Shown here: piece after piece, positions 38,401 to 52,159 of the stretch
Numbering within the stretch: position 1 is the first letter of the stretch
How the letters are laid out: each line of letters begins with the position of its first letter
Assembly: GCF_963921235.1 (NCBI RefSeq)
Contig: NC_086108.1
Span: 11,408,001 to 11,472,000, forward strand
Length of the DNA: 64,000 bases
Source: Mobula hypostoma
Lineage: Eukaryota
Direction: 5' to 3'
Position numbers and translations under genes: made by a program
Notes under the pieces: generated by a model
What the model was told of the DNA's origin: nothing
What the model saw: the letters and a program-made list of their open reading frames with translations, nothing else
The model's database searches: none

Positions 38401-39062
38401 GGACGCGTCCCGCGGGAATCGATCGGCAGGCCGCAATGTCGTGCACACTGGGTCAGGCCGAGTAACAGGGGAGGCTCCGCTGCCACTTCCAGCTGCCGGG
38501 GGCCCGGGCTGTCGATTGGGTTGGGCCCCGAAGCCGACACTTAATCCCGGATGGCCGGGCTCCTTGCTGAAACAAGTCCTTAAACTGAGTCACGGTTGCG
38601 GAGACCTCTTCTCCAGCCGAGCCTTGGGCTCGATTTCCAAGGTCAGCGGCGGAGGCCTCACTTCCGGCAGCTGTGGATGGCCACCAATGGGGCTTTACGG
38701 TGGTCACTCTGGGGAAGCGTCTGGGGCACCTTGAGGTCTCCGACTTCACTTCTGTGTGGTCGTCTGCTCGGGAGAGGTGCTGGTCGGAATAGGCCGTGTC
38801 TCCAAGCGCTCCGGCATGGTAACACTCCGCTGGTCTCCGGGAATGTGGTGGGCCTCGCTGGTCAGGTCCAGGTGCGATCCAGAGTTTAAGAAGCAGTTCT
38901 GGCACAGTGGTCTGCAGCTGGGTCAGTAACTTCGCCAGCGTGTTGTTGATCTTGATCTTGATAGATTGGAGGTTTAGAAGGGTTTCTCGGGTATAGGATA
39001 GTGGAGGGGGCAGTTTGCTCGGGAGAGCACGCACAAAGTCGCCAGTTACCAGCGCCATTTTC
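35416..39062 (-). mobile_element. Full-length Rex-Babar LINE, frameshifted
   Basis: 5' AAAATGGCG start; PTILLANVQAIENK, CFTETWL, GDFNQA, GPDGVPG, QFAYR, GAPQGCV; 3' tail AATAAAGTA..; nested in a CR1 copy. Confidence 0.95.
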
Positions 39063-41004
39063 AATGCTCCAAATTAGGCCTCACCAAGATCAGAAAAGCT
39101 TCAACAAAACATCCCATCCCCTATACTCAACATTTTGATTTATGAAGGCTAATGTGGCAAAAGCTTTCTTTAAGTCTTTATCTACCTGTGATGCCACTTT
39201 CAATGAATTATGGACCTTGATTCCCAGATCCCTTCGTTCTACCAAAGGGACAGTAATGCCACTTTCACCGGATTATAGACCTGTATTCCCAGATCTCTTT
39301 GTTCTAACACCCTTATTTAGCTGAATTGGCTTGCACAGTATTGTGGGCTGAAGAGTATTTCCTTTTGCTGTGTATGCTGCTCTATGTTCTTATGTCCCTG
39401 TCAGAGGAATCCTGCCGTCCTGACTCTCTGTGGTTCATGCCGGGCTCCTATATGGTTGCCTGTTATTCCAAAGGCGATTCAAGGTTGTGGTACGCATAAG
39501 CTTACAGTGACGGTGACAGTTCTATCCTGTGACTGAATCTGACTCTTAATTGAACATGATAACAGCAAAACTGTCCAACGGACTTCCAGCGAGAAGACGT
39601 GGAATAGATTAAAGAGCAAGAATCTAACGTTGCAAATTGAAATTAGCTTTTTGATTACTGTTCCATACTTAATAGACCACAGCGCTGAAAGTCTGTCAAG
39701 ACCCTGATAATACTCTATTTGACACAGAGTGATTTGCCTATAAGTCATTAGGCTCCAATCAAACACTGATCTGGTCACTCTGTTCAACAGTGCCTTACTC
39801 TGTCTGCTTGCATAATAACCAATCCCAACGATGAAATTGTCTCACTCAGAATCAGAGCTTTCCATTGAAGTAATGGTGAATTAATTAGTAGCAAAGTGTT
39901 TTTGAAATATCGAAACAGCAGATATATTTGAAGCCTGCAGAGACGTTTCTAGTCAGAATACAGAGCAAATTCTGAGTGTTAGAATGTTTGACCTGATCCT
40001 GTCAGCTACAATGAGACATGATCTATGATTCAATGCTTGGCTTCCCCTTGACCATAGGTGGCAGACCTGTACGAGGAGTGAGCAGACACTAAATGCAACA
40101 AGCCAACCCTGTGACCTGCCTTTCGAACAGTCAACTGCGAACCAATCCCCAACTTCAGCACTTGAGATGTTCCCATTGCAAAAAGGGACAGGTCTGCTGG
40201 TTCTTGAGTTGGGTGAGCTCGAATACGCATTGCATCAGACTGTAACATTGAAAGAGTGATCTGTTCAACCCCCCTCCCGCTGTGGAAAGGGTGACATCTC
40301 TCTCCTCCTTGTCAGTGAGAGAGAGAACCTGTGGCATGTTGAACTGTCAGGTGAACAGTGGTTTTCGTGAGACCTAGATAATACTCATGGTCTCTCTTTG
40401 GGGACGTTGCTCCTGCTTGCTTGGTGGGAGGTGGGCACTGGTGCTTCCTGCTGGAACATGTGGGGGAATGAGAAGTGGGGGAGAGTTAAAACTTTGCTGC
40501 TGCTTGTGTGTGGGAGGGGGGAGGGTGAGCTTTGGGTCCTAATGTTTTTCTGTCATTCATTCTTCTGTTTTGTGGATGTCTGTGTAGAGTAAGAATTTCA
40601 GATTGTATATTGTATACATTCTCTGATATTAAATGGAACCATTGAAGCATTGGGGCTTGAAGTGTTAGAGCACAGAACCCTATATCAGAGTATGGACCCC
40701 TTCAGTCCACAATACTGTGCTGAACTACTCGAAGATCATTCCAACCCTTCCTTCTACATTATCATCATCATTATGTGCGGTGATGTGACGTGGGCGATAA
40801 TGGTCTTTGGCCATGATTGTTCTTGGCAAATTTTTCTAAAGTCAAGATAAAAGTATATTTATCATATGCTACATGCCATCTTGAGATCTGTCCCCTTACA
40901 GGCAGCCATAAAACAAAGAAACCTAATAGAACCCATAAAAAAAGAAGACTGACGAACACCCAATGTGCAGGGAAAAAAACAAATCGTGCAGGCAACGGCA
41001 GTTC

Positions 41005-42385
41005 ATTGAATTGAATTGACTTTATTTCTTACATCCTTCACATACATGAGGACTAAAAATCTGTACGTTACATCTCCGTCTAAATATGCAATGTGCAATC
41101 ATAGTAATTTATAATCATTTATAATAAACAGAATAGTCAATGTAACACAGAAATACACTCAAATCAGTATGAGTTCATCAGTCTGATGGCCTGGTGGAAG
41201 AAGCTGTCCCGGAGCCTGTTGGTCCTGGCTTCACTGCTGCGGTACTGTTTCCCGGATTGTAGCAGCTGGAACAGTTTGTGATTGTGGTGACTCGGGTCCC
41301 CAGTGATCCTACGGGCCCTTTTTGCGCACACCTGTCTTTGTAAACAGCCTGAATCAAGGGAAGCTCACAACTACAGATGCGCTGGGCTGTCCGCACCACT
41401 CTCTGCAGAACCCTGCGATTAAGGGAGGTACAGATCCCATACCAGGCAGTGATGCAGCCAGTCAGGATGCTCAAAACTGTGCCCCTGTAGAAAGTTCTTG
41501 GGATTTGGGGGCCCATACCAAACTTCCTCAACCGTCTGAGGTGAAAGAGGCGTTGTTGTGCCTTTTTCACCACACAGCTGGTGTATAAAGATCACATGAG
41601 GCCCTCAGGTGATGTGGATGCTGAGGAACTTAAAGCTGTTTACCCTCTCAAGCACAGATCCATTGATGTCAATAGGGGTTAGCCGGTCTCCATTCCTCCT
41701 GTAATCCACAACCAGCTCCATTGTTTTTGTGACTTTGAGGGAGAGGTTGTTTTCTTGACACCACTGTGTCAGAGAAATGACTTCTTCCCTGTAGGCCAGC
41801 TCGTTATTGTTTGAGGTAAGGCCAATCAATGCAGTGTCATTGGCAAATTTAATTAGCAGATTGGAGCTGTGGGTGGCGACACAGTCATGGGTATACAGGG
41901 AGTAAAGGAGGGGACTTAGTACACAGCCCTGAGGGGCACCTGTGCTGAGAGTCGGAGGGGTGGATGATGGAGACCACTCTTACCACCTGCTGATGATCTG
42001 ACAGGAAGTCCAGGATCCAGCTGCCCCAAGGCAGGGTCAAGGCCGAGGTCTCGGAGCTTCCTGTCAAGCCTGAAATGAATTATGGTGTTGAATGCTGAAC
42101 TGTAGTCCAAGAACAGCACTCTCACATAAGCATCTTTCTTCTCCGGATGCGTAAGGATGGTACGTAGAGCAGTGGCTATTGCGTCGTCTGTCGATCGGTT
42201 GTGTCAATAGGTGAATTGTAGTGGGTCCATTTTGGGTAACGGCAGCTGCAGATGTAGTCCTTGACCAGCCTCTCAAGCATTTGCTTATTACTGATGTGAA
42301 TGCAACAGGACGCCAGTTGTTCAGGCATTTTACCTCGGTCTTTTTTGGAACAGGGACAGTGGTAGATAATTTGAAGCAGTCCACA
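41005..42385 (-). mobile_element. 5'-truncated Rex-Babar LINE
   Basis: KKAQQRLFHLRRLRKF, GCITAWYG and [10 protein letters not shown]; (TCAAT)n tail. Confidence 0.9.
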
Positions 42386-43619
42386 TGAAAGTGAGTCCAC
42401 AGCTGCGAAGCTGGTCATCACTGCAGCTGACTCAGGAACCTGTTGGCTGCAGGCCGCAGGCTCACTTAAGCACAGACTTCGTGGAAGAGTGAGCTGGACC
42501 AAACTGTCCCTCACCTCCAGCCCTGATATCCTGACCATTTCAAACTGGCCCGTTGCTTCAATACGCTTTTGGCCCCATCACTGTGACTCGGCCCATATCC
42601 AACCTTTCCAATTTGGCCTTGCGCTTAATTCGCTCAAACCTATGTTCTTTCCTTGCTCTCAGGCCAACGTCTTGACCCTGCCTTACCTCAGTCCTGCCGC
42701 ATCAAATTGCCTCCATGTCTGCTCCAGCTGCGACCAAACACTAGCTCATTCCCCGCTGCTGGGCCCAGGCCCCGCTGCCTCGATTTGGCCTGTACATGCT
42801 TTATTGCCACCATCCTGCACCTTCAGTTCACACCACAGAAGTGCCAAGTTGTACAGGTGGTTCAGAAGCTCAACTCTGAAAGGGAAGTTGCAGGCTATTG
42901 ATTGCAGTGATTGTTTGCCAGAAAAAGTGTGAGTAATAAAGTAATCAGTCTTTCTCTTTGTTTTATTTGCTGCTGGCAAGTAATAGCTGAGTCTCACTAA
43001 TGTCATCTTAAAGTAGAAGTGGTTTGCTATTGCCTTCTCCTGGGTAGTGTCTTTACGAGACGGGTGACCCGAGCCATAATCAATACTCTTCAGAGATCCT
43101 GGCATCAGTGGTCGCATAACCAGGACCTGTGATACACATCAGCTGCTCAGACGACCATCCACCACCTGAGCACATGGCTTCACGTGACCCTGAATGGGGA
43201 TCAGGGGGGTGGGGGGCTGCCTAAGCAGGTGCTACATCTTGCCCAAGGGTGACCTGCAGGCTAGTTGAGAGAAGGAGCATCTTACACCTCATTTAGTGAA
43301 GATGTAACTCCACTCAGCCATCCATCTACGTAGCCTTCCATTTTTAACTCATCCATATGCCTATCTAAGAGTTTCTTAAATGCTCCTAAAGTATCTGCCT
43401 TGACCACCCTCCAGCAGAGGTTCCACACACCCACCACTCTCTATGTAACAAATTTACCTTTGACATCCCCCTCTGCACTTCCTTCCAATCACCTTAAAGT
43501 TATATACATGAAAATGTCTGCAGATGCTGGAAATCCAAAGCAACACACACAAAATGCTGGAGGAACTTAGCAGGTCAGGCAGCATCTATGGAGGAGAATA
43601 AACAGTCGACGTTTCATGG

Positions 43620-44240
43620 ATTAGATTAGATTATGAGGACATGCAGACCTCTTTTATTGTCATTTAGTAATGCATGCATTAAGAAATGATACAATATTCC
43701 TCCGGTTACAAAAACACAGGACAGACCAAGATTGAAAAAATAACAAAACCCACATAATTATAACATATAGTTACAACAGTGCAACAATACCATAACTTGA
43801 TGAAGAACAGGCCATGGCACAGTAAAAAAGTTCAAAGTCTCTCAAATGTCCCACACCTCACGCAGATGGGAGAAGGAAGAAAACTCTCCCTGCTATGCCT
43901 GACCACAGTCCGACTCTGAGTCATCCGAAAACTTCGAGCCTCCGCTCAGCCCTCCGACACCGAGTACTGAGCACCATCTCTATCCGAACAATTCGACCTC
44001 AGCCTCGGTCGCCAGCAGCAGGCAAAGCCAGGGATTTTGGGGCCTTCGCTCCGGAAGATTCTCGATCGCCCAGTAACAGCGGCAGCGAACTGGCGATTTA
44101 GAAATTTCTCCAGATGTTCCTCTGTGCTTTCACGTCTGTCTCCATCAAGTCAGAATTGTCCACGGCCCCTATTTAACAGAAACGATATCATTTTCACCGG
44201 AGAGCTGCGCGCGCATGTCGCGCTGCCATCTTCTCCTCCC
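43620..44240 (-). mobile_element. ~620-bp non-autonomous retroelement, copy 3
   Basis: Colinear with 9583-10205; inserted into a Penelope-type terminal repeat at 43515-43616. Confidence 0.85.
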
Positions 44241-45459
44241 GACTCTCTGGATGAAAAGGAAGGGAGAAAGGTGCTCCCTGGTATTAGCCAATTTTGCCCG
44301 AGAACAGTCTCTGACTGTCCTCTCAATCTATGGCTTAGTCATCAGTGAGCGGAGGCCCAGCCTTACATGGAACATTTAACATTGAACACTGCAGCACACT
44401 GTAGGCCTTGCACCCCTCAATAATGTGTCGACCTACTCTAAAATCTCACATAGCCTAACTTCCTTCCCACATAGCCCTCAATTTTTCTGTCATCTCCTTG
44501 CCTAAGAGTTTATTAAATGCCTGTAATACTGGTCACAGGAAGACTCTGAAATTCCCACAATTCACATTTGGCTTTACAGCTGTTTAAATACACAATTACA
44601 GGATACACATGAGAGAGAAACACTCTCTGTATCATAAAACTTCAGTGTGAGATTAATAACCCATGAAGAATTCTATTAATAATTGATATAATGTATTCTC
44701 AAGGCTTAGCCTTCAGGATGCAGGCTTATCTGCAGCACTAATAATCCCCTTGTGTGTTAAAAGGAAGTTGGCCAATTCTGACCCATCACAATAGCCTGTG
44801 AGTTGGATTACTGTTCAGTGTGGGATCCAGGCAATGTCTTTGGTGACCCAAACTGCTTTAATGGGTTTTAGGCTATTGGACGTTTCTCTTGCGATCACAA
44901 GACTTTGTTAGAAATTGATAACATAAGATGCTTCAGGCCTGTTTCCCTTGTTTGGTGCTGTGACAGGTGGCGAGGCAGCAGTGTGGTCTTGGCTGTAGCG
45001 AGGACTTGGCCTCAAGTTGTGGGCTTGCCTGCTGCTGCAGTCCAGGTGAGGAGACGCTAGAGGCAGTGTAGCATGGCGTTCATGCTCGGTTGGGGGCTGG
45101 CCTCTCCCATCAGTGCTGCCCTCCAGTGTTTGATTGGTGGAATGGCAGATTGATTTGCTGGGAACTGTACCAACAACTTACGGAACATGACGCTCAGGGT
45201 ATTGGACTATATATGCGTTTTCTTGGGTGACTATGTTTTTTCTCAGTATTTTGAACGTTCTATTTATGTTTTACACCTTGGCCCCAGAGGAACGCTGTTT
45301 GGTTCAGCTGTGTGGTTGAATGATAATTAAACTTGATTTGATTTGAATGTTATATCTTATTCTCTGTTCTTCTTTCCTTACGTTTTCCTTTTTCTATCTC
45401 TCCATTTACTCTTATACGTTTTCCTTTCACAGTCTGGCATCACATGCCCCATAAGGTAA

Positions 45460-45870
45460 AAGTCAAGGAGGCAGATGGAATTTAATGCAGACAAGTGCGA
45501 GGTGTTGCACTTCAGTCGGACCAACCAGAGTAGGTATTATGCAGTGAACAGCAGGGCACTGAGAAGTGCAATAGAACAAAAGGGTTCTGGGAATCCAGGT
45601 CCATAATTCATTCAAAGTTGTGTCACAGGTAGATCGCGTCGTAAAGAAGGTTTTTGGCACATCAGCCTTCATAAATCAAAGTACTGCAGCACGTGGTGCT
45701 TGAGAGCTTGATTTCAACATTTAAGAGAAGTTTGGAGAGGTACATGGACAGTAGGGGTACGGAGGGCTCTGGTCCTGGTTCAGATTGATGGGAGTAGACA
45801 GTTTAAATGATACAGCACAACCTAGAAGGACTGAAGGGCCTGTTTCTGAGCTTACTTTTCTATAACTCTT
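45460..45870 (+). mobile_element. Deleted CR1 3' fragment
   Basis: ATGGAATTTAATGCAGACAAGTG (MEFNADKC) and CR1 3' UTR motifs. Confidence 0.75.
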
Positions 45871-46812
45871 TGACAGCACAAGAAAAGGCCCTTCAGCCCA
45901 GAATGCTGTGCCAAACTAATTAAGCTAAAAAAAAACCCTAATTAAACAAATCCCTTTGCCAACAGAAGTCCATATTCCTCTGTTCTCTCCATATTTGTAT
46001 GCCTATATAAGCATCCAAAGCCACCCCACTCCCTGGCCTCCCCGGCAGCTCATTCCAGACACCCACAGCTTTCCGTAAAAACTTGGCACACATATCTCCT
46101 TCGAACATGCCCACTGTCACCTTAATCATGCTCCCTGGTACTAGACATTTCATCCCAGGCAAAAAATATTGGTCGTCTACATTATCTGAGCCTCGCATAA
46201 TCTACTAACCTTCTAGCATATCATGCTTTATCCTTTGACAAGTCTCTACTCTCTCCTCTGCCTGCTGCTGCTGCCACTGGGAAAAATGGCTACATCTGCA
46301 CCAGCTGCTTCAAAATGCAGCTCCTGCAAGACCATGTTAGGGAAACAGAGCTGCAGCTCGATGAACTTTGGCTTGTTAGGGTAAGCGAGCAGTGATAGAT
46401 AGGTGTCACCCTAAGGCTACAAGAGACAGATAAATGGGTGACTGTCAGAGGAGCGAAGGAAGAATATCAGATAGTGGAGAGCATCCCTGTGGCCATCCCC
46501 CTCAATGATAAATACTCCATTTTGAGTACTGTTGTGGGGGGCGGGAGCTACCTGAGGGAAGCAACAGTGGCCGTGCTTCTGGCACTGAGTCTGGCCCCTA
46601 TGGCTTTAGAAGGGTAGGGAACTGAAGAGGATGGCAGCAGTAACAGGGGACTCTATAGTAGGTGGATAGATAGATGACTTGGTGTACATGTAAAAGAAAC
46701 ACAGATGATAGTTTGCCTCCCAGGTGCCAGGGTCCGTGATATTTCTGAACACATCCACAATATCCTGAAAACGCAGGCTGAGCAGCAGGAAGTCGCGATA
46801 CCAACGACATAG

Positions 46813-47371
46813 AGACATAGAAACATAGGAAACCTACAGCACAACACAGGCCCTTTGCCCCACAATGCTGTGCCAAACATGGACTTACTTTAGAATTAAC
46901 CTAGAGTTACCCATAGCCCTCTATTCTTCTAAGCTCCTTGTACCAATCCAAGAGTCTCTTAAAAGACCCAATCATATCCCCCTCTACCATCGTCGCCAGC
47001 AGCCCATTCCACACACTCACCACTCTCTGTGTAAAAAACTTACTGCTGACATCTCCTCTGTACCTACTTCCAAGCACCTTAAAACAGTGGCCTCCATTTC
47101 AGCCGTAGAAAAATGCCTCTGGTTATCCACACGATCAATGCCTCTCATCATCTTATACTCCTCTATCAGGTCACCTCTCATCCTCCATCGCTCCAAGGAG
47201 AAAAGCCAAGTTCACTCAATCTATTCTCATAAGTCATGCTCCCCAATCCAGGCAACATCCTTGTAAATCTCCTCTGCACCCTTTCTATGGTTTCTGCATT
47301 CTTCCTGTGGTGAGGTGACCAGAACTGAGCACAGTACTCCAAGTGGGGTTTGTACAGGGTCCTATATAGCT
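46813..47371 (-). mobile_element. CR1 3' fragment nested in CR1 ORF1
   Basis: PHLEYCAQFWSPH..ERVQRRFTRMLPGL; GACATAG duplicated at 46806 and 47372. Confidence 0.85.
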
Positions 47372-47935
47372 GACATAGGAAGAAAAAGGAAGGAGGTCTT
47401 GAAAAAAGAGTATAGAGAGTTAGGAAGGAAGCTGAGAAGCAGGACCACAAGGGTAATAATCATGACAGTGAGGAGAGGAATAGATGAGGCAGCAGATAAA
47501 TGCGTAGCTGAAGAATTGGAGCAGCATCACTGTGTCGTTGGTCGAAGAAGGCCATAGTTGGGAACTTTGTATCGAAAGGACAAGCCGGAAGGCATAGGCG
47601 GTAGTGAGGCTCTCTTGGTAAGAGATGGAATTACATCTTTAGAAAGAGGTGACATAGGGCTCTTTGTGGCTGGAGTTAAGAAATTGCAAGGGCGAAGAAC
47701 CATTGTGGGAATCACTTATAGGCCTCCCAGTAGTAGCTAAGATGTGGGGTTAAGATTGCAAAGGGAGCTGGAAAAGGCATGTTATAAAAGTAATGACACA
47801 ATTGTAATGGAGGAGTTCAATATGAAAGGGGATTGGAAAAATCATGTTGGTGTCGGATCGCAAGAGAAGGAACTTGTTGAGTGCCTACGAGATGGCTTTT
47901 TAGAACAGATTGTGCTTGAGCCTACTCAGGGAAAG

Positions 47936-48462
47936 TGTTGCAATCAGTGGCTGGAGTGGACCCAGGTGCAGGACACAGGCACGGAGACGGACTTGGACTT
48001 GACTTGGACTCGGACTTGACTGGAACACGAAGCCAGGACTTGGACTTGACTAGAACACGAAGCCAGGACTTGGACTTGATTGGAACACAGGGCCTGAACT
48101 TGGACTGGGACATGAAGAGACAGAATACCCAACTCTGAGTAGCAGCAAATGGCCAGACCTACTCACCTGGATACGAGACAACTAAACCAAACAACAAAAG
48201 ACAATACGTATCTTGACACAGAGAAGCTCATGAAGACAGTCCCTTATTTTTGGTGACTCGAAAGACAGTCCCTTATTCTTGGCGGCTCAGACCATGCATT
48301 ACCGCACTGGCTATGGTGACGAACCAGCAACGAGTAGATGTAAGCCAGAGTCTTTACGCTGCCAGTTCAAATGAGAATCAGGTGCCCTAATCAAGGAGCC
48401 CAGTGGAACATGGGGAAAAGGAAATTAACTGAAATGAGCAGTCAATGGACCAGACCGTGACA
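47936..48462 (-). mobile_element. Solo LTR (527 bp)
   Basis: TG...CA termini, 5-bp TSD GAAAG (47931-47935 and 48463-48467), internal 30-bp tandem repeats, interrupts CR1 ORF2; orientation is inferred. Confidence 0.85.
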
Positions 48463-50867
48463 GAAAGGCTATCTTAGATTGGATATTGTGTAATAGCCCA
48501 GATCATATTAGAGAGCTTAATGTAAAGGAACCCTTAGGAGACAGTGTTCATAATATGATTGATTTCATACCGCAAATTGAGAGGGAGAAGCATAAGTCAC
48601 ATGTATCAGTATTGCAATGGAATAAAGGGAATTATAGAGGCATGAGAAAGGAGCTTGCCCAGGTAGATTGGAGGAGGATATAGGTGGGAATGATGACAGA
48701 GCAGAGATGGCGGAAGTTTCCGGGAATAATTCACAAGGCGCAGGATAGCTATGACCCAAAGAGGAAGAAGTTCTCCAATGGCAGGGGTAGGCAACAGTGG
48801 CTGACAAGGGAAGTTAAGGACTGTATAAAAGCCAAGGAAAAAGCATTTAAAGTAGCAAAGGTAATTGGGAAGTTGGATGATTGGGAAGTTTTTAAAATCC
48901 AACAAAAGGCAACTAAAAAACTATAAAAGTGTTGGAATCTATTATTAAGGATGAGGTTTCAAGGTACTTGGAGACGAAGGATAAAATAAGTCAAAGTCAG
49001 CATGGTTTCTGTGAAGGGAAATCTTGCCTGACAAATCTTTGAGGAAGTAACAAGCAGGGTGGACAAAGGAGAGGCAGTGGGTGTCATTTACTTGGATTTT
49101 TGGAAGGCATTTGATAAGTGCCACACATGAGGCTGCTTATCAAGATAAAATCCTATAGTGTTACAGGAAAGATACTGGCAGGGTATGGCGGAATGGCTGA
49201 CAGGCAGGAGGCAGTGGGAGGGAATAAAAGAGGCCTTTTCTGGTTATCTGCTGGTGATCAGTGATGCTCCTCAGGGGTCAGTATTGGGATCACTGCTTTT
49301 CACATTGTTTATCAATGATTTAGGTAATGGAATTGATGGCTTTGTGGCAAAGTTTGTGGATGATACAAAGGAAGGCGGTGGGGTAGGTAATGCTGAGGAA
49401 GCAAAGCAATTGCAGAGGGCTTAGACAAATTGGAAGAATGGGCAAAAAAGTGGCAGATGGAATACAGGGTTGGGAAATGTAGATAATGTATTTTGGTATA
49501 AGGAACAATAGTGCAGACAATTATTTAAATGGGGAGAAGGTTCAAACATCAGAAGTGCAGAGGGACTTAGGAGTCCTCATGCAAAACTCTCAGAAGGTTA
49601 ATTCACAGGTTGAGCCTATGGTAAAGAAGGCAAATGCAATGTTCGCATTTATTTCAAGGGGAATAGAATATAAAAGCAAGGAGGTAATGCTGAGCCTTTA
49701 TAAGATACTAGTCAGGCTGCACTTGGCAGTATTGTCAACAGTTTTGGGACCCATATCTCAGAAAGGATGTGTTGTCCTGGGAGACAGTTCAGAGGAGGTT
49801 CACGAGGATAATTCAAGGAATGAAGGGGTTAGCATATGAGGAGTGTTCGGCAGCTTTGGGCCAGTACTCACTGGAATTTAGAAGAATGCAGGGGGATCTC
49901 ATTGAAACCCACTAAATGTTGAAAGGACTAGATAAGGTGGATGTGGAGAGGATGTTTCCTATGGTGGGGGTTCCTCTGGTGCATATATTTAAGGTGGAAG
50001 TTGATTGTTTTCTGATTGGTCAAAGCATTAAAGGAGATGGCGAGAAGGCAAGTGTATGGGATTGTGTGGGATCTGGGATCAACCATGATAGAATGGCAGA
50101 GCACCTAATTCTGCTCCCACGTCTTATGGTCCAGGGATAGAGTTCTTCTTGCCCTTCCCAACCACCTGACTTAACCTACCACCTTCAAGTTATCTTCCTT
50201 TCCTTTCCTCTAGCTTTTTATTCTGGAATCTTCTCCTTCCTTTCCAATCCTGAAGAAGGGTCTCAGCCCAAAACGTCAACTGTTTATTCATTTCCATCGA
50301 TGCTGCTTGACCTGCTGAGTTCCTCCAGCATTTTGTGTGTGTTGCAAACTTACTAATCCACTTTCTACATTTTCATTAAGCTCATAGGCAATACATCACA
50401 AACAGCAGACACACCAGTATAGATCCATGGAGAACATCACCAGTCACTATCCTCCAGACAAAATATTTCATAAACCAAACTTTTTTAAAGATAATTCCCA
50501 AGTTTTCACACTAATTTACCGATATTTGATTTTTTTCCCCCTGTAAATCAAGATTTTATTTATTTGTCTGAATTTAAATGCTCAGGTCCTTTGCTGGGAT
50601 TTGAATTTCTATTTCTGGATGAAAAACTGAGCCTCTGAACGGCAGTTCCAATAACTTAGCTGCAACAGTATTGTTGACCGTGCCTGGGAAGGAAGTTGTT
50701 TGGTTCCAGTGTTCCCCAGCAGTCTGTGAGCCGGAGTAGTTCTTAGTTTGAACCAAGACAACAAATCAGGGTCACAGAGTCACACAGCATGATCAGACCC
50801 TTTGACCCACCATGTAAATGCTGACCATCAAGTACGTATCTCCACTAATCTCGTTAACCAGGCACAC

Positions 50868-51257
50868 AGGGTGTGGTGGGGTAAAGATATGTCTTTACCA
50901 AAGGAAGTGTAAGGAGCACCTTCCCTCCGCTGGCCTGCAGGTCACCCTTGGGCAAGGGGTAGCACCTGATTAGCCCCCCACCCACCGATCAGGGTCACGT
51001 GAAGCCATGGGAGCAGGTGATGGATGGTCGTATGAGTAGCTGGTGCATATCACAAGTGATGCGACCACTGACGCCAGGCAGACAACCTCTGAGGAGTATT
51101 GATAATATCTGTGGTCACCTGTCTTGCAAAGACTCTGCCTAGAAGGAGGCAATGGCAAACCACTTCTGTAGAAAAATTTGCCAAGAACGATCTTGGTCAT
51201 GGAAAGACCATGATCACCCATGTCATACCACATGGCGCATAGTGATGATGAAGATGA
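50868..51257 (+). mobile_element. RTE-related SINE with Bov-A-like 3' segment, most complete copy
   Basis: GGAGGCAATGGCAAACCACTTCTG, (TGA)n tail; other copies at 13748, 13990, 40760/43010 and 62315. Confidence 0.7.
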
Positions 51258-51349
51258 GGTACACAGGCCTTGGTGACTCAGGTGCTCATCTACAGATGCT
51301 GTGAGAGGATCAGCTTCTCTCTCCTACTTTGGCAACGTGCTTCAGATTC

Positions 51350-51632
51350 CAGCCCCTCAGGTGAAAAAGTTCTGCCTGAGATCCCAGAGTTCGGAGTTCA
51401 ATTCCAAAGTAATCTGCAAGGAGTCTCTACCTTTTCCCTGTGGAATGTGTGGGTTTTCCCTGGGTGCTCCAATTTCTTCCCACTGTCCAAAGACTTACCA
51501 TTTGATTGGTTGATTGGTCATTGGAAATTGTCCCGTGATTAGGCTCGGGTTAAATTGGGGTGTTGCTGGGCAGTGTGGCTCAAAGAGCCGGAAGGGCCTA
51601 TTTTCTGCTGTATCTCAAAAAAGAAATAAATA
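51350..51632 (+). mobile_element. V-SINE copy
   Basis: GTGGGTTTTCCCTGGGTGCTCCAATTTCTTCCCACTGTCCAAAGAC. Confidence 0.7.
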
Positions 51633-52159
51633 ACATCTTATTGCTTTCCCCCAACCCCTCTACCAAGAGGAAAAGGTCTCAATTATCTGTAGTTTTTATA
51701 CTACCCACTTCCCGCCTAAGGAGAAAAGGTCCCAACTATCTATAGTTGTTATAATTTTTTTTGTAGCTCGTTTCACCTCAGCTACCTTCACTCCGGGAAA
51801 CACAATCTGTCCTTATGGAGTTTCTCTACAAGATGGAAGCTCGTCGGTTCAGGCTACTTCCCTTAATTCCATTGAATGTATCATTTCCACCTCCTTCCTG
51901 CAGTGTGTCCAGCCAGAAAACTGGGCTCTGGGCTAACCAGTGCTACGGTAGCACTGTAGCAAGCCTCTTAGCGTACTGGAGGATATATGGCCTCCCCATT
52001 ACAGTGTGGGTTTCTCTGGGTGCTCTGGTTTCCTCCCACAGTCCGAAGATCGATGGGTTAGTCAGTTAATTGGCTCCATCAGTATAATTGGGTGGCGCGG
52101 GCTTGTTGGCCCAGAAGGTCCTGTTATCGCTAATAATAAATAACCTCCTTACTCTGATT

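Larger units (their letters stand above)
46285..50135 (+). mobile_element. Long decayed CR1 LINE (ORF1 esterase remnant plus ORF2) with nested insertions
   Basis: GDSIV and CLPGA esterase-type motifs at about 46645-46735, YRPP, ECLRDGFLEQ, PQGSVLGSLLF, FVDDTK. Confidence 0.85.
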
